Below, piece after piece: positions 53,925 through 64,000 of a stretch of DNA of 64,000 nucleotides. A program made the translations under genes and the position numbers. How positions within the stretch are numbered: the first letter of the stretch is position 1; each line of letters begins with the position of its first letter. Location of the stretch: NCBI RefSeq assembly GCF_009914755.1, contig NC_060928.1. One strand, 5' to 3'. Under the pieces are notes generated by a model. It had not been told where the DNA came from. It did not search any database and saw only the letters and a list, made by a program, of their open reading frames with translations. The stretch is from the human T2T-CHM13v2.0 reference genome, Homo sapiens.

Positions 53925-54013
53925 CAACAAGAATAGAATGCACATAATTTTCAAGTGCATATGCAAAAGAAATCCATGTGCACTTGAGAATCATGTGCAT
54001 TCTATTCTTGTTG
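53925..54013. repeat. Inverted repeat, 39-bp arms, 11-bp spacer
   Basis: 53925-53963 matches the reverse complement of 53975-54013 at 36/39 positions. Confidence 0.93.
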
Positions 54014-55040
54014 AATTGAATTCTATTAGAATTCTAATGGAATTCTATTCCTGTTGACCATGTCAATCTATTGGACACAAAACAAGTATAAATAAGTTTG
54101 GAAAGTCTGAATCTTTCAAATTATGTGCTTTGATCACAATGGAGTGAAATTAGAAATAAATTAAAACAGAATGTGGGGAAAATTAACAAACATTTCAAAG
54201 ATAGATGACACACTTCTAAATAAATGATCAAAGATAAGCCATAAGTGAAATTAAAAAAATATTTTGAAATTAAGGAAAACAAAATAATGACATGCAAAAA
54301 CTTATGGATGTGGTGAAAGCAGCATTCAGAGGAAAATTTACATCTATAAACCATCTATAAAAAAGAGAAAAATCTCAAGTAAGTTATCTAACATTCCACT
54401 CTAAGAATCACAAAAAAGAAGATAAAATTAAATCTAATGCAAGAAATGCAAAGAAAATAATAAAGGCTGGAATTAAACATAATAGGGAACAGAAAAACAA
54501 CAGAGAAAAATCAATAAAAATAAATGTTGACCCTGTGAAAATATCAAGAAAACTGGCAATCCTTTAGCTAGACTTACCAATAAAAGAAAAAGGCTCAAAT
54601 TACTAAAATAGAATAAAAGTATGTACATTATATTGAAATTTAAAAAAATATATAGATAATACTATGATAACTGTATACCACCAAATATGATAACATAGAT
54701 GAAATGGATAAATTTCTAGAAACACTCAAACTATCAGAACATTTTCAAGAGGAAAAAGAAACGTGAATAGGCATACAATAAGAAAAGCAGTTGAGTCAGT
54801 AATCAAAACACTTCCAACAATGAAAAGCCCAGAACCAGATAGACTCATGCGTGAATTCTACCAAGCATTTAATGAAAACTTAACACCAATTCTTCTCGAA
54901 CTCTTTTAAAAAACAGAAGAGGAGGAGACATTTCCTAACGGATTCTAGGAGAACAGTGTTACCTTGACACTAAAGTTAAAGATACTACCAGAAAATAAAG
55001 CAAGAGTTCAGTATCCCTTTTGAAGATAGAGGCAATATTC

Positions 55041-55424
55041 TTTATGTATATATATACTTTAAGTTCTGGGGCACATGTGAAGAACGTGCAGGTTTGTTAC
55101 ATAGGTATACATGTGCCATGTTGGTTTGCTGCACCCATCAACTCGTCATTTACATTAGATATTTCTCCTAATGCTATCCCTGCCACAGTCCCCCAACCCC
55201 CGACAGGCCCCGGTGTGTGATGTTCCCCTCCCTGTGTCCATGTGTTCTCATTGTTCAACTCCCACTTATGAGAGAGAACATGCAGTGCTTGGTTTTCTCT
55301 TCTTGTGTTACTTTGCTGAGAATGATGCTTTCCAGTTTAATCCATGACCCTGCAAAGGACATTAACTCATCCTTTTTCACGGCTGCATAGTATTCCATGG
55401 TGTATATGTGCCACATTCTCTTTA
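55041..55424 (-). mobile_element. 5'-truncated L1PA6/7-like 3' end nested in L1MB ORF2
   Basis: ACTTTAAGTTCTGGGGCACATGTG...GTTTGTTACATAGGTATAC. 19-bp TSD GAAGA(T/C)AGAGGCAATATTC at 55022-55040 and 55425-55443. Confidence 0.93.
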
Positions 55425-58399
55425 GAAGACAGAGGCAATATTCAATACTTAACAATCCAAAATCAGCAGCATATGAAATATATTACACACATGATTAAGT
55501 AGGATTTATCCCAATAATGTAAAGTTGATTTAACATACAAAAATCAAACTATATAATAAACAATACTAGATTAAAGGAAAATAAACACATGGTCATAGCA
55601 ATAGAAAAATCATTTGTCAAAATCCAGCATACTTCCATGATAAAAATACTCAAAAAACTAGGAAAGAAAGGAAAGTCCTCAAGCTAACAAAGCACATCTG
55701 TTAGAAAAAAAAAAAAAAAAGAAAAAACTAACATTATATTCAATGATGAAAGTCTGAAGGTTTTTCCCTTAAAATCAGGAACAAGATGAGATGTCTCCTC
55801 TCACCACTTCTATTCAATATTGTAGTGGTAGTTCTATTCAGGACAAAAAGGCAAGAAAATAAAATAAAAGGGATGCAAATGTTTATATATTAAAAAATCC
55901 ACCTCGAAACTGAGTTCAACAAAGTTGCTGAATAAATGATAAATATAAAAAAGTAATTGCACTTATACATACTAGCCTGAGCAATCTGAAAATGACATTA
56001 AGAAAATTATTCTATTCACAATAATATTAAAATAATAAAATACTTACAAATAAATTTAATCAAAGAGGTGAAAGAGTTGTACATTAAAAATTGCAAAACG
56101 TTGTTGAACAAAATTAAAGAAACCCTAAGTAAATGGAAAGACATTCCATGTTTATGAATAGGAGTACAAAATGTTCTTTAGATTGTAATACTCTCCAAAT
56201 TAATCTACAAATTCAATGTAATCTCCATCAAAATTTCAATTGCCTATTTTTGTAAAATTAACAAGCTGATTCTAAAATTCACGTGAAAATAGAGACTCCA
56301 AATAACCAAAACAATCTTGAAAAATAACAAAGTAGAAGGAATTGCACTTCCCAATTTCACTGGTAAGATACAATAATCAAAATAGTGTGATACTTGCATT
56401 TTGATAGACATAGACCAATTAAATAGAATTGAAAGTACAGAAATAAAAACATACATCTATGGATATATAAAGTTACAATGCTTATTTTGGTGGCCCTCTT
56501 CATGCAGCTTCTCGTTTTCAGTATTCTACTCAAAGGCACCTAAATGACTTGTCCTGCTCCTTAAGCTTTGCTTTCAGCACTGCCAAAAAATGCCAAAACA
56601 ATTAAATGGGGAAGTAATTGTCTTCCAACATATAGTGCTGGGATAACTGGATTTTCATATGTAAAACAGTTGCATTTAGACCCTATCCAACATCATACAC
56701 ACACTCACACACACACAAAGTAACTCAGAATTGATCAAAGACATAATTGTAAGGAATAAAACTACAAAACTTAAAAAAAGAACATTAGTGTAAATCTTTT
56801 GTGACCTTAGATTGCTCAATGATTTCTTAAATATGACATTCTAGGGCATAATGAACAAAAGACAGATAGATATATTGGACTTTCACAAAATTAAAAAAAC
56901 ACTTTTTGCATCAAAAGATATTATCAAAAAAATTAAAAGGCCAACCACAAAATATCTGTAAATTACATATCCACCGTCTATCATATAGATATATAAAGAA
57001 CTCTTCCAATTCAATAATAACATAGACAAATAATCCAATTGAATAACAGGCAAAAGATTTGAACAGACATTTCTCCAAAGAAGATATACAAATAACCAAT
57101 AAAGAATGTGAAATGAAAGAAAATGAATTCCTCATACATTGCTAATGAAAATGTAACATGTCAGATCTATTTTGAGATATCTAGCAATTCTCCAAAAAGT
57201 TAAACAAATGAACATATTACTCAGCAATTTCACTCTTAGGTACTTACACACACACGCAAAATGTAGTAGAAATTCTCCTTGCAGCACTATTCATAGTGGC
57301 CAAAAAGTGAAAACAAAAACAATACAAATGTCTATCAACCAATGAACAGATAAAATACATGCCATGTATCCATATAATGAAATATTATTCAGTCACATAA
57401 GACAAATAAATATTTATATATTCCACAGCACTGATGAAGCTTGAAAACATTATGCTGAATGAAAGAATCTAGACACAAAAGACTGCCTATTGTCTGATTC
57501 CATTTATACGAAATATCCAGAGTAGGCAAATCCATAGAGACAGGAGGTTCATTAATGGTTGATGAGAGATGGAGGTGGGGAAAACTGGAAGTGACTTTTA
57601 GTAGATATGTGGTTTCTTTCTGTGCTGATAAAACTATTTTGAAATTCTGTTAGTGGGGATGGTTGAAAACCATTCTGAACACACTACAAATACTGACTTG
57701 TTAACTTAAATGGTTAAGATCGTGATTTTTATGTTATTAATTTCATTTAGATAAAAAAGTACTGAAGAAAGTTTATAATATAAAAAATAGGTTATTTTTT
57801 TAAATGGTTAGGATATGAAAAAATAGCATAATATAAGCTACTAACTTAAATGAGTTTCTTCCAACGGAGCTTACATTCTCTATCTATGGAGAGTGATATA
57901 GAGATAATCATACACACAGACACACACACATGCTTAATTTCTGAGTATCTTAATAAAGTATACTAAGAAAATGTGTGTGTGATAATAATTTTCTATTTTC
58001 TGCATTTAAGCTGTGCATATCCAATACATGTTTGTGTCTATAGCAGATATTTAAAATTACATACAAAATAACTATCAAAGATCAAGCTTCATCCTATCTC
58101 TACTTCTCAAGGTATAGTTCCTTGCTTTTTTTTTTCTTTTCCTCCTGCAACCTACCTTCTTCTAATGTAATGATTTTATCTCCATCATTATTCAAATGTG
58201 TGTTAGTACTTTCTGTATTTAAGAAAAGTGCTTGTTGTTTTTCTCCAATGATTCAAATACTACAATTTCATCTATTTTTATTAACAGGTGATTTTCTTGA
58301 AAATATTCATATATGCTATCGATTCATTCATGAGTTGAAATTCTGTTCTTTCCAATATATCAAGACTTTTTTGCTAATTTTGCCATTGATTTTCACATT

Positions 58400-59590
58400 G
58401 CCAATGTAATCTCCACATTGATCTTTACAATGCTCAATTTTTAGTTTTGTTTTACTAGATCTCTCAGCAGCATTCTGTACAACACATGACCTTTTTCTTA
58501 TAATAATTTCATCCTCTGATTTAATGACAACACACACTTTTAATTTCTTACTGTTTCTCTGGCTACTTGAACTTCGTTAACCTATTTCCTTAACTATACT
58601 ATAATAACAGAAGTTATTCAGAGTTGTATCTTGAATTTTCTCTATTCTTACTCTACATATACTTTCTCATTTAGAGAAGTCACCCATTCAAATGGCTTTA
58701 AGTAACGTTTCTATTTTAGAATATTTAAATTTAGTAATCTAATTTTGATACTTCTTCAGAGATCCAGATTGTATATCCTAATGCCTCCTTAACATTCATT
58801 TGACTGTCTTTCAGCTATCTTAACAACAAAAAGCTCCAAACTGAACATTCTCCTTTTGAAACCAAATAAGCATATTCATTAGTTAAGTAATTTAAGGCAA
58901 CAACCTATGTTTTACCCATAATATCTTCCTCTCTGCCTTATTATACCTTTTTATCTTAATTATAAAAAATCAAATTTTGCTTATAAAATATTTCTCAAGC
59001 TTATCCATTTGTCTCTTTTTTTCAGTACCTATACAACTCATAATTAAAGGTCATTTTTTAACAAGAGAATTGCTGTAATCTCTTCATTAAGGTTACACTT
59101 GTTTTCCTTCCTGTAATAAGCTTTGCTATGAATACAAAGATTTCTTTCTCAAACAACAACAATGACAATTTTTTTTTACCAATTACTACTGGGTTTCCAC
59201 ATATATTTGAATCTAAGACAACTATTCTCCAGGCATAACACTCTACTCTCAAGTTTCTTTATGACATCAAGTATTTTTATTCCACAGGGCATTTTTACCC
59301 TAAAAACCCTTCCATCCAATTTTTTCCTGGTGCACTGTTATTCAGATCACTAATGAAAAGCCATTTCTGACATTTGCATGTCAACTAGAACCTTCATAAT
59401 TTATTTTTAAAACAAAATTCTTTTCTCCCGTAATTGCTACTAGAAGGCATAATCATTTATTTGTGAGACTATTACTTAATATAGTTCTCCTTTATCAGAC
59501 TCTAACCTCCATTTTGGTAGATCCTGTGAATATTGTGTTCCAGAATATGTTAATTACTTTAGTGAGAAAAGGAATCAACTGTAGGATGAA
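58400..59590 (+). mobile_element. L2 LINE, decayed 3' portion
   Basis: CTCTCAGCAGCATTCTGTACA...ATCCAGATTGTATATCCTAATGCCTCC...TCCAAACTGAAC, L2-type motifs. Confidence 0.65.
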
Positions 59591-60531
59591 GAAGAGAAAA
59601 ATTGACATTTAAGTTAAAGCAAAGAGATGTTTGAATGTGCCATCAACTAAGTGGTATAATTGACAAAGACCTCTGTTTTCCTGTAGCATCCCTAGAAATA
59701 ATTTTCAGGTCTGAAAGATCCCCTGTGTAGAAATTATTATATTTATAGTTCATAGTGTATCAGCATCAGGTAGCTGTAGATATAATAATGTAATTATAAT
59801 CACCATTTTTTTCTCAAATACAGAATTATATTTTCATTTTGGACAGCATGTTAGACCTTTATTTTGTATGATTCTTCTTTTTCACGTAAAAGTTATCAAC
59901 CTTAATGTAAATCAGTAATGTAAGTAAAGTTCATGTTATTTCTTTAAAAAAATAAATTCAACATGATTTTTTAGCCTTTCCAAAGTTAACCCAGAAATCC
60001 TGTCAAAAATTTCAACTATGCAGATACTAAGGACACACAATGTGTGATATATGATGTGGGCAAAAGTGTTTTGTTTTACTTATGTAAAGCTGAAAATTAC
60101 TTTTAGCCAACTATTCATATTAAAAAGGTATTTAAGCTTTGCTTACCATTCTAAGAATTTTAAAACTTTTTTTAAAAAGTGTTTTCAACACATAAGACAA
60201 TTTTTCATCTTAAATAACTGTCCTAGGCCAAATAGGATTTATTTATATAAAGATTGGCTCAGCAGATTTAACGGTTTATAAATTGCTTTTAATTAATGTT
60301 ATTTGCAACATGAAAATTGACTAACAACATTGTATAGCAAAGCTACTAAAGCTATAAGTCAGCTCAATATGAATGAAAATTTAGGTTAAGACAATTTTAT
60401 ATAACACTTTTAATTTTATTGTTGACTATGATCAGGCTCAAAAAACACTAAGCATTTATGAAACTATTACCACATATTTTGCTACCTTGATTTCAGGTAT
60501 AAGACCATACATGCATAAAACTACTGATTTT

Positions 60532-60675
60532 GAAAAGACTACACATTGGGTGAAGTGTACACTGCTCAGATGATGGATACACCAAAATCTCAGAAATCAC
60601 CTCTAAATAACGTATTCAGGTAACCAAACACCACCTGTTCCCCCAAAAACCTATTGAAATAAAAAAAAAAAGAAC
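60532..60675 (+). mobile_element. Short L1PB-type 3' terminus with poly-A
   Basis: ACTACACATTGGG...CACCAAAATCTCAGAAATCACC...CCCCAAAAACCTATTGAAATAAAAA. Flanks AAAACTACTGATTTT/AAAATACTGGTTTT resemble a TSD. Confidence 0.85.
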
Positions 60676-63600
60676 AATGAAAATACTGGTTTTAAAAGTA
60701 AAATTAAACAACTAAATTTATGACTTTATTGTAAAACCTGTTCTTAATGTTTTCTATATTTAAATGTGGAACAAACTTAAGAAAAAGATTTTGTTTGCAT
60801 AAATGGACATACTTGTATTTTCTTTTCTGGTGAGAATACTTAACCGAGTGTCTTATATTTTATCTGATCACTCTACATCTTCTTAAAATTATCAGTCTCC
60901 AACTAACAAAGTTCTTTCTTTTCCCTCCAAGTTAAGTTGTCAGGCTTTGCAAAAGTTTCATTGAAAGGATCCATTACCAGCCAAACCGTGGTTTTGAAAG
61001 AGAGGAAAAAATATGGTAATTTTAATAAAATTTGAGTCTTGGTGATATCGCTTCTCACTTAAGCCAAAGAAGCAATAAAACAACATTTTAAAATTTCCTT
61101 TTACCACATAATTTTTTCCAAAGAGTTATTTTCCTTTTAAATCCCGAAATTATCTCACCGGAAGTAAAAAACGTTCTCCAGAGCTTTTTTCAGAGTCAAG
61201 TAGTTCATGTGACTATAAAAATAGACTAAGCAGGCTAGTTTGGGCACTCAGTTTTTATCTTCAAATAACTCAGCTAAATATGGCCTACGACTACTTGAAA
61301 GTACTCTCAGAACTCACCTCCAACTCAAACTCCTGGCTGAAAATATTTCTACTATATTGCCAAATTTGTGTGTAACAGGTCTATATGCTCTTTGACCACG
61401 TTTTCACGAAGTTAAAAAATAAATAAATAAAATACACATTCTTGAGTTAGCTGGTCTTTGTTTAATGAAGTTATCCATAGCATCATTCAGAATTTTATTT
61501 TTTTATTTATAAAATTAAAAAACTCCAAGAATTTTGACATTAGCTCTTCTCTGTGAAGAAAGTAGCTTGTTTTGATGTCAACTTCCTTTTTCTTTTTTGC
61601 TTGCTTGCTTGCTTTCTTGCATTTTCATAAGAGAATTAAAACTTTCTTTGAGTCAATCATTGACGAGGCCACATTAGTACAAATTCTGACACATTTCCTT
61701 CAAGATATATCTTTTGTTTCCAGATATAAAGAAAAAATATTAAATGAGCCTCAGATTGTTAGTTTGGGATAACCTGATGCTCTAGAAAAAATTTTCTAAA
61801 TTTTCTGACATTTACAAATGCTATATCATAATATTTATTGGTAAAAGGTATTGATTCAGCCACCTAAAGAAGTTATTGTGTATTTTCTTAATGAAAATCT
61901 CTTCGGCCTAATGTGACATGCTATTGACGCAATGATTTATTATGCTCTTTGAGAGTGGAAAATTTTCATTTTCTTGTAGGCTTTTGCTAACTATAATATT
62001 ACTTCCCCTCATTGTAAGATTCTCACCAAATCTATGATTTATCTTTGTCTGGGTAATAAGTTCTGTCAACAAACTTGCTCCTTGAGACTTTTTATTAACA
62101 ATGTAGTTAAAATTTAATGAGATTTCAATATTCACATGAAATAATACATTTACTTCTCAAATGACTATGATTTTAGGTATATTTTTAATTTTACACAATA
62201 GAAGAGTACCAGCTCCTATGAAATTCACTAAAAACTAGCTTCATTGTAAAGACATATTTGTGTTTGTGTGTTTGTGTGTTCCTTTTTATTTTAGAGAAAT
62301 GACTATATCGTCTTTCCTCATAAACCTCATCAGAATTGTCTGTAGGCCCTAGGCCTGGAGTCTTCCTTTCCTAAAACATAACTAATTTGCAAAAATTACC
62401 ACACTGGAACTTCAGATGTCTTTGTAAAACATAAACTAAAATCTAATATAAAAACAGAAGGACATTATATAAAACTAAATTATTAAATCCCATTGTATAT
62501 GAAAGTTTAACCATGTAATTCATATCTAACTATATAATTTATGCTTTGCACCATTCACAACAGTAAGATGCTATGGGAAGCTGAATCAAGGAATGTAAAA
62601 AAAAATTCTCTTTAAGAATGAAAACATCTTTTGATGTTCTCTTACAGCAGCAGTTTGTTCTCTCTTGGTAGTCAGTTGGTGGCAGTTAATTCAGGAGAGA
62701 GAGGATGGCATCACCAGCTAATGGTTCTTCTTTCTGTAGAAGAGTTTACCTTCAGCTGTTGCCTATGTTTTAAGTCAAAACCTGAGAATTGACTAAATCA
62801 AATGGACATGATCCTACTTAGTGTGCACTGCCATGGAAAACCAAAAGATTTGTATCAAAATTGCTAACATGCCTGCACAGTAGAGGTTCATAAGGGCAAG
62901 CCCTAGCATTTTGCAGTATGCAAAAAATCAAAAAATGTATATTTTTTCAGTCATGTTCATTCACAAAATCTCTAACTATAACTCATACCATTGTGCAATA
63001 TCTTTGCTAAGAAACTCTGTTTTAATTAATAGTATTTTAAGGAGATTGAATATATTAATATTAGACTGAGCAGAAATCTTTCTATTATTTTGAACTGTCT
63101 TTCAGGCTTCTCCTATAACTACATTTTACAAAGGAGAGGCCAGGCTCACTGAATATCTGTGCTTGAATAGATCATGTACTTTTCTAGGTCATGTCATTTA
63201 CATAACAATTGTTCATTGACCCCAAGTTTGTAACATTTGTAGGTAAGCCCTTCAAATCTCAATTGTTCAAGGAATCCACTTATAAAATTTTGTCTCCTTT
63301 CTTTGGTATCATATTTTTCTCTCAATGTTTATTGCTAATGGCATTGTGAATATGTTCATTATCTACCATCTAAAAATTAATAATAGTTATCTAAAAAGTA
63401 TAATTTCAGTGATGAGATAAAGAAAATTAATTATGACTGAGGAAGTATAGTTATAAAATATGAAATCTTTGTTTTCAGAAGGAAAAGATTTGGAAAGTAG
63501 GTATGGTTACATTCAGGGTCAGGTTGAATGCACAGTTAGTAGAATTAACCTCATCTTCAGTTCCTCTACTCTATTCTTAAGTAAATAAATAACTTTGCTT

Positions 63601-63719
63601 CTTAATTATTTTTCTCTCTTGAATTATGATTTTCTATCTGTATTATATCAGCCATTTTATATAAAAATCTGAATTAAGAGTGAATACACTAAAGTTCCTT
63701 TCATATCATTTACCTCATT

Positions 63720-64000
63720 TTTTTACTTACCAGCAGATTTTCTCAAAAAGAAAAAAAGTCATCTGTCTTATTTATCTTCAAATAGTATCTCATGTTCTCT
63801 TCTCCAGGTTCTCCAACTAGTCTTTCCTTCTCATAATGCCACTGAAAATTCTCATGGCAAGCTCACCAATGCCTATGGCTTATTTCCAATTTTCATCTAC
63901 TGAATCTCTTAGTACTCTTGGTATTATTTAATTGTCATATTTATTATTTGTATCTACGTTTTCTTCCTACAATGGCTCATATTTCCTATGAATTAATATG
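63720..64000 (+). mobile_element. L2 fragment
   Basis: CCACTGAAAATTCTCATGGCAAGCTCACCAATG resembles the L2 RT-region motif. Confidence 0.5.

Larger units (their letters stand above)
50960..57758 (+). mobile_element. Long decayed L1 (L1M 5' region, ORF1, ORF2, L1MB-type 3' UTR)
   Basis: ORF1-like sequence at ~52100-52950 and ORF2-like sequence at ~53430-57300. The 3' UTR contains GATTCCATTTATACGAAATATCCAGAGTAGGCAAATCCATAGAGACAG, typical of L1MB. Confidence 0.85.

Overview
AT-rich, CpG-depleted primate genomic DNA, very probably human because it carries an AluYg6-type element. It looks like an intergenic or deep intronic interval. I find no credible protein-coding gene, RNA gene, CpG island or CRISPR array. 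The recognisable ORFs in the track are remnants of L1, ERV, Alu or microsatellite sequence; the rest are short and I read them as chance. Much of the window is transposon-derived: a decayed LTR16/HERV16-type ERVL provirus (1.36-6.77 kb), a near full-length antisense L1MA (9.7-17.15 kb), a complete THE1 MaLR provirus with a 5-bp TSD (40.5-42.8 kb), a long L1MB (51-57.8 kb), nine Alu/FLAM copies, several solo LTRs, MIRs and L2s. I found no evidence of a new biological system. The most notable local oddities are a 39-bp-arm hairpin with a templated palindrome cluster inside L1 ORF2, a tail-less ~54-bp young L1 snippet, a ~42-bp L1 insertion with TSDs, a TSD-flanked Alu left monomer, an unexplained ~125-bp insert in L1 ORF2, and one well-formed candidate spliced exon. 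Repeat subfamily names are recalled from consensus sequences, not from a database search.
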